Assembly (NCBI GenBank): GCA_965113315.1
Contig: OZ220363.1
From: Podarcis vaucheri
Taxonomy: Eukaryota
Direction: 5' to 3' (one strand)
DNA: 64,000 bases
Part shown: piece by piece, positions 13,301-24,742 of the stretch
Position numbering within the stretch: position 1 is the first letter of the stretch
Layout: each line of letters starts with the position of its first letter
Made by a program: the position numbers and the translations under genes
Notes under the pieces: generated by a model
The model's database searches: none
Told to the model about the DNA's origin: nothing
Seen by the model: the letters and a program-made list of their open reading frames with translations, nothing else

Positions 13301-13505
13301 CCACATTAGTCAGTTTAAAGCCCTCCTGATGAGGTTTCTGAGATTTTTGGCAAAAACATTCCTCCCAACCATTGTGAGGTGCAGCCCATCGCTTGCCAGA
13401 AGTCCATCTTCAAGAAACTGCAGTCCGTGATCTAAGAATCCAAACCGTTCTTGTTTACACCATTTCCCTCTCTCCCTGGGCCACGTCGTTCAACTGGGAG
13501 GACAG
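10323..13505 (-). mobile_element. CR1 LINE, 5'-truncated within ORF1, ORF2 frameshifted
   Basis: (ATTCTATG)n 3' tail; RT with FADD (10782-12134); APE endonuclease (12177-13010: GDFNYP, SDH); CLYTNAQS ORF2 start; ORF1 SGNH esterase remnant (LASDGLHL). Confidence 0.95.
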
Positions 13506-14970
13506 TAGATTCAACATACAGAAGATGATCAGACTGGCAGCTGAATCATACTTAAACGCTGATAATGGGTCACTGTGCTCTACTACACCTAAGGACAGCA
13601 GACTAACGTATGGAGTGTATGGCAGACTTCATAGCAGACACAGCTCTGACCTACAACACTTCATTCTCATTCCCATTCCTTCCACCCTCACATCTATAGC
13701 CTGAGGCTCCTACATCTCTCTGCCTAATTGTGGGTTGCCCTGTTGAGAGGGAAATGTTTTGTTGAATATCTGTTATGAAATGTAAATTCACCTTCACTTT
13801 TGTATCCTCATTAGGCTTTTTTCTTGAATTAATACTCTTAAACATGAACAAAAGAGGGAAAGGTTTACTGGAATTTCTGTTTACAGTGACATGTGTATCA
13901 GACATTCATTGAGCACATTAAGGGTTGATTTCATCTGTTATGCTATGATCTTTCACAGAAGATAACTTTTTCCATGGCTGTGGTCAAGCTGGTGGTATCA
14001 GAGGTTTTAAGTCTCCAAATACAAGTTGCTGGGAAACAGAGTCAGGAGAGTTGTGTTGTGCTCATAACCTGCATATGGACTTCCCATAGGCACCTGGCTT
14101 CCGACTATAAGAAAAGAATGAGATGGGCTTTTGGTTTGATCTACCCTTATCTCAATAATCTGGGTTTTATTAGACAGTAGGTTTGGAAATGTTCCAATGT
14201 TACTTACTGTCACTCCATCCCAATAAACCATTGCTCCTTAACAGCATATCATCAGTTTGCAACTAATCCAGTATATGGGTGACTAACAACAAGCTAAGAC
14301 AATTTATACATATGATTCACTGTAGAAATTTTTGAATTGACCTGTTTTAATTTTATGATATGTGATTGGGAGTTTCTTGATCCTATAACCAAGACAAATA
14401 TTGCTGGTTCTAGGAGAGGGAAGAGATGGTTTTATAGACCATAATTATGTTAAAACTGTGTAACTAAAAGACACGTAGAACATAAAAAAGCCCCATCAGC
14501 TGCCTAAGATATATTATATTACCACCCAGCAATTTATCCATCATCCTTTGAAAACACATTCATGCCTATTGTAGTCAAAGCTTCTTCAGGAAGTCAGCAT
14601 TAAGATGTAACATTGTTGAAAAATTACACCCCTGTAAAAATCCTATAGAACAATATACAGGGGGTTTTAAACAGGATATTTAAAACATTTCTCTTCAGTC
14701 ACTTCATCTTTCTAACAGACAGCTGTACTGCTGCATACTAGAACATAATAAATTATAAAGTAAAAACTAAACCAAATCTTTATGTGACCTGATTACAGTG
14801 TCATGCAGAATTATTCTTCAGTATTTTGTAGAATCCAGAAAGTGTGCTTAGGAAGATACATGTGATGAGTTGTAAGTGGGACTCATTTTCATTCTAACAA
14901 GTGAAGGTTAGCAGTGTGCTTCAGTGTTATTGGTTTCATTGGTTTTTGGGTCCGTTTAACCTCTGCTCAG

Positions 14971-15330
14971 AAGGATGCCAGTGGCGCTGTGGTCTAAACC
15001 ACTGAGCCTAGGTCTTGCCAATCGGAAGGTCAGTGGTTCGAATCCCCGCGACGGGGTGAGCTCCCGTTACTTGGTCCCAGCTCCTGCCAACCTAACAAAT
15101 CAAAAGCACGTCAAAGTGCTAGTAGATAAATGGGTACCGCTCGGATGGGAAGGCAAACGGTGTTTCTGTGCGCTGCTCTGGTTTCACCAGAAGCGGCTTA
15201 GTCATACTGGCCACATGACCTGGAAACTGTCTGCACACAAACGTCGGCTCCCTCAGCCAGTAAAGTGAGATGAGCACCATAACCCCAGAGTCGTTCGTGA
15301 CTGGACTTAACTGTCAGGGGTCCTTTACCC
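14971..15330 (+). mobile_element. Sauria SINE (more diverged subfamily)
   Basis: Same head and body as the other copies; perfect 16-bp TSD tttaacctctgctcag at 14955-14970 and 15331-15346. Confidence 0.9.
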
Positions 15331-16843
15331 TTTAACCTCTGCTCAGCCATGAAGCTCATTTAGTGTTCGTAGCCAAATGCTATCAGCCTAGCCTGTCTTC
15401 CAGTGAGAATGCATCTCCAGCCAAGAATTTCCCTAAGACTGCAATCATTATTCCACTTACCTAGGAGTAACCCCCCCCCCGTGAATTCAGAAGGACCTCT
15501 TTTGAGTAGACTTGGAGGGAGGACTCAGGAAAGTGATCCCCTCCTTGACAAGTAATACCACATTCTTGGGGGTGGGCACTGGCTCCACAGGTTCATCTGA
15601 TAGCAGCACTTCTGGGGCTGGTCCTGCATGTCCTTTGCCTTCAGTTTTAGAGTCCTCATCTCTGTCATCCTGTGAAAATGAATCTGACTCCTGGTCCCAG
15701 ACATTAGTCACCAGGTCTTAGTGGCCATGGAAGAGATATTTTTCGTTCATTTTAGCTTATTCATCAAAATCCATTTTAAGTCGCCTTCTCCTTTTTTCAG
15801 CTCCTTCAAATCCATGGTTTTATTTTCCTTTCTTTCATTTGCCTAGATCAAACTTTGGCCCAGTTCAGATATAACAAGCTATGCTTTAGTGTTTTGTGAA
15901 CAAACTGCACAAATAAACAGTACCCTCTTCTACTTAGTGCATGTGTGAAGGAGACTGAAAGCAGTGAAACTCTGAACTAACCACCATTTCCGGTTACATC
16001 GAAACTTGGAAAACTATTATTTATTCTAACAATGTTTAATGTAAACAATCCAGGATCAAACAGTGGTTCTAATCCTCATTTGTTTGAACCAACCACCATT
16101 GAAAGACACAAGAGTTTCCCAACTATGAATGTAATTGTAAAGCCTAGTTTATTTAAAAATTAAAGCTTTCAGTCCCCTTGTGCATGGAAGAGCAGCTGAG
16201 GGGGAGTACAGGAAACCAGTACAGTACAGTACAGACTCAATGTGGTCCATTTTTATAACTCTTAACCAGTGTGGGCCTTTATTATTTTGAATGCTGTTGT
16301 ATTAGCTACCATTGGTTTTCCCCACACTATTTAAAATACTCTTTCAGAAATATTATAATCTGTTAAACCTCTGTGCTGAATGACTATCATAGTGGTTTAA
16401 AATCATGCTAACAGTCTTTAATTATTATTATTTTAACTAGAATGCTTGTATAATTAAGGATTTAAGGTGACTGAAGCAAAATAGTGTTTTGTTTTGTTTT
16501 AGTTTTCTGAATTTGATAATGTTGTGATTGTTATTTCCACCTCTAGTTTTCTGCAAGCTATGGAAAGCATTTACTTACAATTGATATAATTGTAAGGAAG
16601 AATTGTTTAAGGTATTGTTGTTTTACATTCTGGAGATGCTACCAATAATGCTTCCAAATGGAAGCTTGATAATATCCTTAGTTTTAACAGCAGACAGACA
16701 AAGCAGCTAGTTGAAGGTAGTGAGAATTGGTGTGTGAAAGAGGAGGGAAAGAAAGTGTGGCCCTGCATCCTATTCCCAATTCCTCTAATCCTCAGAAGCA
16801 TTACCTCTGCATGGGTCCTCATTTTTAAAACTTAAAGCATTTA

Positions 16844-17066
16844 TAGAGTTGCCATATTTCAAACAGTGAAAATCCAGACAGAAAAGTTGTTAAGCTTTTT
16901 GGGGCAAAAAAATGCAAAAAGAAATAAATGCTATTTTTATGCAAAAACGGCACTGCCAACGTGGGCTGCGATGCGTCTGGATTTTTCCAATTTCCACACG
17001 GACACTGCTGCCGACTGCAGTATTCCAGGAATATGTTTGGAAAAATCCAGATGTATAGCAACCCTA
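16844..17066. mobile_element. old hAT-like MITE
   Basis: TIR tagagttgccata / tatagcaacccta; TSD not recoverable. Confidence 0.5.
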
Positions 17067-17326
17067 ATTTGGTAAGCATTTTCTGGAAGAGCAGACAGAC
17101 TCGACTTATGTGTGTTTAACTAATGCTCAGGGTTTTCCTATTCATCCACTGTAGTCTACCTTTTATGGTAGCCAGAGTTTATCAGATTCAGTTATGTAAC
17201 ATTTTGAAAGCATGCAAGGAATGAAGCAAGTTCTGTTATTACCAATCAAACTTATATTATCAACTAAAATGAACATTTTCTTCTTGCCTCCCCCCCCCCC
17301 CGAAAAAAAGAGCTACGGAGCCTATA

Positions 17327-17568
17327 TAGTGGTACCTCGGGTTAAGTACTTAATTCGTTCCGGAGGTCCAAACTTAACCTGAAACTGTTCTTAACCTGAA
17401 GCACCACTTTAGCTAATGGGGCCTCCTGCTGCCGCCACGCCACCGGAGCCTGATTTCTGTTCTTATCCTGAAGCAAAGTTCTTAACCTGAAGCACTATTT
17501 CTCGGTTAGCAGAGTGTGTAACCTGAAGTGTATGTAACCTGAAGCGTATGTAACCTGAGGTACCACTG
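17327..17568. mobile_element. Tc1/mariner(Tigger)-type MITE, family A
   Basis: TIR (c)agtggtacctcgggtta / taacctgaggtaccactg, TA TSD, internal aacctgaag repeats; reverse complement of the copies at 46366 and 47834. Confidence 0.88.
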
Positions 17569-19804
17569 TATATAGTTCAGATCACTTTGTGCAACCCTTC
17601 TAGCACTAGAGAGTAAATCATCCCCACATTATTCAAAATTTGGTTATTGTAGCTTAGCACATTTTAAATCTGGATAGTGCTGTACAATGCGCATTTTCAA
17701 AGAAGTTCTTTAATATTCTGACAAAGATGGACATTGTAGAAGCAGTGTCCATGACCAGCCACCTTTGTAAAGAAGAATGAGGCCATCTCGAGTTACAGGG
17801 ATTTTGGATGCCATAAAAGTTAGACTACAGTGAATGAATAGGTTAAAATCTGAGTATTAGGCAAACACCTGAGTTTGCTGTGAGTATATATGATGGTAAC
17901 CTTAACTCACTTTCTGATATTTTATGTGCATGCAAAAGTATGCCATCTGTCTTCAGCTTTCTATTCCTTAATGTCAAACCGTTTCCCCCAAGTGGTTTAA
18001 ATTTCAGAGGGACATTTACATTTGTGCTAAATGTATATGTGCTTTAAATATCCAACATCATTTTGAAAATGAACATTTGTGAATATAGAGCCTTTATTTA
18101 AAAAATTATCCATACATGGGTGTGTTTGGTTTTTCACTGAATAAATCCCTGCGTGGTGTTCTTATTGTGCTAATGCTCTTTATTCTATTTTACTCATACT
18201 GTGTCATTGAGATTCTCCTGATCTATCTAGGAGAATAGTGAAAGAGTAGAATAACGGGATTGTCCTTTCATATATATTTTATTATATACTAAAAATTTTA
18301 GTAGTTTAAACATAGAAAATAATAGATTTGACTTAGACCACTTACTCAAAGTCAGTTAGAAGTCACTTTTTTATTATGCTTTTCGTATTGGATCAGATTG
18401 TTATAAAATGTGTGATCTTTGCTGCATATTTTGTTGTTTCTTCAGCTTGTAAACCACCTTGTGTGTAGCAATATAGAAATCTGGTATGCAACATAAAGTG
18501 AAATGAAATGAAATAATAAAAAATGATATCTTCATGTTCAGAACCCAGCTACTGTTCCTCATTTATCATTTAGCTGTTAGAATTTTTGTAGTTAATACAA
18601 AGATTTGAATTTAGATTCTGTTGGCTTCAGTTGGTTTAAATAAATAAAAAAGCATAGGACCAAGTCTCATTTGAAGAAATTAACTATACAATCACTTGTT
18701 TATATTAATTAAAAATAGGGCTTGACTTTGTCCAGGAAAATATATTCCTATTTTTTTAAAAAAATAATTGTTGTTACTATACATAATATACTTTGAAGTA
18801 GTTCCTTTCCTAATTGCCTTTTTTCCAATGTCCTACGTTTAAGGAACAACACTTATTTATGTATCTTTGAAAAATTACTATGTAAATATCACTTCAAACA
18901 GGAATCAATTTAGACTCATACACTTTTTAATGTGTTCTTAATCATAGCTTCAACAAAACTGCAAATGATTATTAGAACATAATAGATAATATTTAAAATT
19001 CATCTTTTTAAAAAAATGAAAGGATCAAAGAAGTTCATTTAAGAGGGATTTCACATACAGCATGAATTATGTCGCTAAATAATAGCACAGTAGTACTTCT
19101 CCAGCATTGTAAAATAGCTTAGAGAGAAGTATGATGCCTGTAGTTAGTGTAATGCATTGGTAATTAAGAGGGTGTAAGGTTAAGCTTCATTAACTGTTGT
19201 AGGACTGTGGCTTGGGTTTTATTATGCCCTAGAGAACAGAAGAAGAGAGAGAGGTCAAACTATTAGAACCTGATTTTGTTTAGTGCATCTGCCAAAGTAG
19301 GCAGAACAATGTAGCAGTTGACATAAGGAACAGAAATTCCTAACAGATATGAGGAAGATGCATTCTGATGTAGAAAAGCAAGATATTTAGTTGTACTGGA
19401 GAAGAAACCATTCCTGTGAAGGGAAGCTGTGAAAGCACATATCATTTTAACTACATTAAACTATCTCTCCCGCCCCTTTCCCCTGTTCCTTTTGTTTACA
19501 TATCTCCCATAAAACCAGTTAATGTGAGGAAATCAGGGTTTTTAAAGTATTAAAATCAAATGGGATGGTCTTTCTGGTGCAGGTGCAGTGCCTGCATGCA
19601 GGTTACAATCTGTTTCTCCCTTCTCTCACATGGGATGAGCCAGGTTGCAGGTATATGATGGGCTGGTATGGAGAACAGATTTCCCCACGCCTCCCATCCA
19701 GTAGCCCTGACATGCTTACACTGCAGTGGTTTTGAAAAATACGTACTGGCGTCCTGTCCCCTACACTATTCCAGTGCATTATTTGTTTCTGTGTACATGA
19801 ACCT

Positions 19805-20168
19805 GGGACGCGGGTGGCGCTGTGGGCAAAAGCCTGAGCGCCTAGGGCTTGCCGATCGAAAGGTCGGCGGTTCGAATCCCCACGGCGGGGTGCGCTCCCG
19901 TTGTTCGGTCCCAGCGCCTGCCAACCTAGCAGTTCGAAAGCACCCTCGGGTGCAAGTAGATAAATAGGTACCGCTTACTAGCGGGAAGGTAAACGGCGTT
20001 TCCGTGTGCGGCTCTGGCTCGCCAGAGCAGCGATGTCACGCTGGCCACGTGACCCGGAAGTGTCTCCGGACAGCGCTGGCCCCCGGCCTCTTGAGTGAGA
20101 TGGGCGCACAACCCCAGAGTCTGTCAAGACTGGCCCGTACGGGCAGGGGTACCTTTACCTTTACCTTT
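19805..20168 (+). mobile_element. Sauria SINE (young, CpG-rich)
   Basis: Intact A/B boxes, (ACCTTT)3 tail, TSD acatgaacct. Confidence 0.93.
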
Positions 20169-20220
20169 ACATGAACCTGGGAGTGAAGAGGAGGGAGGCA
20201 TCAAGTCCTCTGGACTGTCA

Positions 20221-20359
20221 CAGCCTTTCTCAACCTGTGGGTCCCCAGATGTTGTTGAACTACAACTCCCATCACCCCTAGCTAGCAAGGCCAGAGCTCA
20301 GGGATGATGGGAGTTGTAGTCCAACAACATCTAGGGGACCCACAGGTTGAGAACCGCTG
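20221..20359. mobile_element. palindromic hAT-type MITE (MER5/URR1-like architecture)
   Basis: Near-perfect hairpin ttctcaacctgtgggtcccc...actacaactcccatca / tgatgggagttgtagt...ggggacccacaggttgagaa; older relatives near 2470-2620 and 57305-57430. Confidence 0.75.
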
Positions 20360-20899
20360 ATAGAGCATGCTTACGTCTGTACACATGCAGTTGTAAGTGA
20401 GGAGGAGGGAGAATCACGGCTCTCTTGAGCTCTGAGGATCCTTGGGGGGGGGCACCATGTATCATTTTTATAACAACAACCTAATTTAATAGATTTACCT
20501 ATCATTAAATAGCTATTAGATACTTTAAAGAGTCTCTTAAAGTTACTTGTTAATTTTCCGGATACAAGAGGGAAACATTTTGTAAATTTTGTCCAAACAT
20601 TTTACCTTCCCAATGTAGAGATTTAGGTTTATTTGTTTGTTGTTGTTTTTAAATCCTTTCAAAATTCAAGGGACTGTGAGTAGTCATTTATTTATTACAC
20701 TGAAGCCCCACACTTCCTACAGGTTGCTCAGGGTGGTATATATACATTGTCTCCTCCAGGACCCCATTTTGAAGTAGGGGGATTGGCCCAAGTGCACCAG
20801 TGAGCTACATAGCTGAGTGAAGTTTTAAATATGAATCTGTCCGTTTCTGATCTGATACTCCATAGCCACTATGCTAAACTGACATATATCTTAGAGGAG

Positions 20900-21850
20900 C
20901 TATTTTTAATGTGTACAGATTACATGTTTTTAATTGCAACTTCACAATTTTGTTTCAAATTAGGCATATTTACTTATTAGCATCGACAGTTTATTTCTGA
21001 TGAGGACTGTAATTGACATTTTCTTTCTCTGCTCCTTCACCATCATCAGGCTAGTGACACTGGGATGCTATAGTCATACATTGTTGACTGCATTAATTTG
21101 CATTTATAGACTCTGACAGACCTCTATTACACACACGATTTGGGATTGGGGGTGTCTTAAGTATTTGCAAAATATTTGGAGGAAGTCATTTAATGGACAT
21201 ACCTCAATTGTATGTTCCTCAAACATCACCCTGTGAGGCAACCGCATACTTGCTTTCTCATATGTCTGCAGCACAGATCAAATAATGATCTGCATTGTTT
21301 CCGTGTTGTAACAAGAAAAACATTTGGGAATTCTTAAAAAGTGCTACTGGTAAAAACAAGGGGGAGAACGCTGTTTAAGGAGAGACCACATTAAAGTGTT
21401 TCTTCTGGCTCTCAGCCACAAGATTTTAATGTGCAGCCTAGGACATTTGGTCACCTCTGCTACAGTGTGAGGCAGTCATTGCAGCAGCAGGTGTGCCCCT
21501 CATTGTAAGAGGCAGAATATAAAACAATGAGAAGCTTAGTGAGTTAAGTGACTGCTTACATGGGATTTATACTAATGATAATCTCTTCCAGAACAATGGC
21601 CTATGGCTGCACTGAATTGTTTTTGTATATAGCATACCGTTATCTTTATGTCAATTAAAGTGTTGCAGGTGTTACAGAGAAAACGGACGGCAGTTTTATT
21701 GAATACAACACCTGGGAAAGTAATTTAAATTGGATTATAGCTGCAAAAACATTTACATAACATTTGCCTTAAAAAAATTTAAGTAGCTTATTTTAATATT
21801 TGAAACAATGAGTTATATTACAATTAGCTTAACCAAATAATAAAAACAAC
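20900..21850. promoter_or_regulatory. candidate conserved enhancer (PAX6/ELP4 regulatory block)
   Basis: No recognisable TE; clustered SOX (CATTGT/ACAATG), octamer and TGACAG motifs; conservation not verifiable here. Confidence 0.35.
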
Positions 21851-23057
21851 TTTGCTTATAGATGATGAGATTAAAAAAATCAATTCTATTTTTACTTCCA
21901 GATTAGTGTCATTCTATCATTCTGTTTTATACTTGTTTATTCAGAAGTAAGTTTCACTGTGCTAATGGAGTTTCCTCTCAGAAAAAGCTTCCCATAAATT
22001 ACCCCAAAGATTGGTTTAAAAAGCATCTTCTTTCCTTATTATTTCCCTATTCTAAAACCATCTTGCCTTCTAGTAATTCATTTTTCTGGTCAGCAAAGAC
22101 CAGCAAACATTTTTCAAAGACTTTCTTTGCTCTGGGTCATGTCAGTGCATGCAATAAAACTTTGGGGGACTCAAAGTGGGGTCTTCTCTGTGGTGTCGTC
22201 ATGGCTTTGGAGTTAATTGCCCAGGGAAGTTTGTCAGGCTAGTGTAATGTAGGAATCTGAATGTAGAGAATCATTTTTTATTCACCCAAGAGCTTACAAA
22301 ATGGGTCTTTAAAAACGTTTTTTCCTACTGTTGGGTAGCGCTAATATAGCATTTATATTTGTCTGTATCGCTATGAAGATTTTAGGTAGAAATTTGATGG
22401 ATAAATATGATAAATAAAGTCACTGGTCCTTTTCAGATGTTACCATTCCATGTAAAGAAAACAAGGGGGGCAACAGAGACCAAAAAAAAACAGAGGCAAA
22501 ATATGTTCATGGAGCCACCACAGTTACATGAGAAGGCTCCCCACTACACACAGTCACCTCCATGAGCTGAGGGTAATAAGAATGACAAGGCAGAGGGCAA
22601 AGCTAGTGAGCACAACTCTGTTACCCCCCCTCCCCCGCTTCTCAATGCATTTTCTTCTCATGGAAGGGTAATTTTTGTGAGGCAAATTTTACTTAAAAGT
22701 CAGTATTGGATTCTCTGCACATAGCTTGAGTCTTGGGTGCAAATATATATCTGCCAAGGACACAGGAAGCTTCCTTATGCTAAGTCAGAATATTGGTGCA
22801 TCTAGGTTGTTGTCTATACTGACTGGCAGCAAATCAGTAACCCCACTGCCGCAAACACATTTAAAAGGCCTTATAATGATATTTAATTATTTATTGGTTA
22901 TTAGCTGTTCACTAAATATATATCTAGCTACATTTTAGCCTTCATGATATTAGATACATTTCTGAGACCATGGAAAAGACAACATAAAAAATGTACCGGT
23001 AATCACCTGTGTTTGTTTTCTGTAAATATGATGATGAAAAATCAATCCGAACAAAAT

Positions 23058-23290
23058 GGGCTGTAGCCAACAAAATCATCCCATTTGTGCAAAGACTTCC
23101 ACTTGTGCAATAGAACTTGTGCAATAGAACCCTTCCCTCTTTTCTCCCCACACCCCTTCAAGTCCACTCCAGAGGGTTTGGGGAAACCCAAAACAGATGG
23201 GGAAGCACACAGTGGAGAAGGGGGAGGGGAAGTTCCATTGTGCAAGTGGAAGACCTTGTGTGAATGGGACAACTGTGTTGGATACAGCCC
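23058..23290. mobile_element. palindromic MITE, possibly PIF/Harbinger type
   Basis: Long TIRs gggctgtagccaaca / tgttggatacagccc and cttccacttgtgcaat / attgtgcaagtggaag. Confidence 0.65.
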
Positions 23291-23874
23291 TTTAATTATA
23301 TTAACTGCGGGTCTGCAAATGGCAGCCCAGGAAGAGGGTTGATCTGCTTTTGGGCAGGCACTCGATCATACTATTCAAAGCATTTTTACCCACATCTACT
23401 TCTCACACTGCCATTTGTCTTTTGTTGAATCTCCTGTCCCTTAATTAGGAAGAACTCTAGCTCAACTTCTGTAACTTATCTTAGTAACAATGTTACGATT
23501 TGTTCTAATGAGATAAATGGTGAGTGAACTTCAGTAGAATCACTTCCTTGAGCACATCTCATGCCTCTTGATTATAATTCTTATTGTACTCAAGTCTGCT
23601 TGAAGAGTGGGAATCATGAATTCTATATTTAAACCTTGGATCTGTTCCAAGACTCTTACAGATAATTACAAATTCAGTTTGAAACGAGGGAAGAAACTTC
23701 TAGGATGGCAACCTACAATACCAATTTCTGTTTTTTAAAAAAACTAACTTGCTTAATGTGAACTATTGTTGGGTGATTATTCTGTAGGCTTATAATAGAA
23801 CCTGGTAAGAAAACAATTTAACTTTATTTTTATAAATTGACTTTTGAATTCCTATAGTTTGTCTTACTGTAGAA

Positions 23875-24007
23875 TAAGGTTACCAGACATCCCTGTTTCC
23901 CGGGGACAGTCCCCGGATTTACAAATCAGTCCCCTGACAAAATCCATCTATTTAGTAGGGGGTGGAAAAGTCTCCCTGGATTCATTGGAAAAAATCTGGT
24001 AACTTTA
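23875..24007. mobile_element. hAT MITE
   Basis: TIR taaggttaccaga / tctggtaacttta; perfect 8-bp TSD ctgtagaa. Confidence 0.85.
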
Positions 24008-24087
24008 CTGTAGAAAGAAGGAAATTGGATCACTCAGCTGCCCTTAGAGAGGTAGTTCTGGTTTGGGTTATTGGACGTTGGAGTCTG

Positions 24088-24742
24088 CTGGGCATAGTCG
24101 GCCAATCGGTGTTAAAGAAGGACAGAATTTTCTTTATGTATGCTACAACAGCAGCAAGAATACTCATCGCAAAGTATTGGAAGACACAAGATCTACCCAC
24201 TTTGGAAGAATGGCAGATGAAAGTGTTGGACTACATGGAATTGGCGGAAATGACTGGTAGAATCTGAGACCAGGGAGAAGAGTCGGTGGAAGAAGATTGG
24301 AAGAAATTTAAAGATTATTTACAGAAATATTGCAAAATTAATGAATGTTAGAATGATGTTTGATTGAAGTTAAGTGGTTTCTAGCTGTAATGATATAAAA
24401 GAATATGGAAAATTGGATTTCTAAATAGGTAAAAATTTAATGTTACAATATATTAAGATTAAAGATCAGGATAATAAGGAGGGAAAGAAATTGTTGAATT
24501 AATTAATTGAATTGGAACACAAAAAGGGAGGTATGAGGAGGTCAGGGAAACAAGGATATGAATGTAAGATATGGAAAGATTGATTTTTTTTATTTTTATG
24601 TTTTTCCTTTTTTCTGTAAGTGTACTTACTTTTTTATTCTGTATTTTTCTTGTATTTTTATTTTTGTCTTTTACCTTTGTATTTTTTGTTTTTATGTAAT
24701 TCCTCTTTCTGAAACTTTAATAAATATTTTATTTTAAAAAAA
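24088..24742 (+). mobile_element. L1 LINE 3' end
   Basis: ORF2 C-terminus LLGIVG...MYATTAARILIAKYWK...EEW...; AT-rich 3' UTR, AATAAA and A tail; TSD gttggagtctg. Confidence 0.85.

Noticed and set aside
17370-17560. Regularly spaced aacctgaag repeats (and cgcaagacgaa repeats at 27112-27390) resembling a CRISPR array
   Set aside because: Subterminal repeats of TA-flanked MITEs in a vertebrate intron; irregular spacing and no cas genes
19805-19885. tRNA-like sequence with A and B boxes (also at 1153, 14971, 42390, 4941)
   Set aside because: SINE heads, not tRNA genes; they continue into SINE bodies with tails and, in most cases, TSDs
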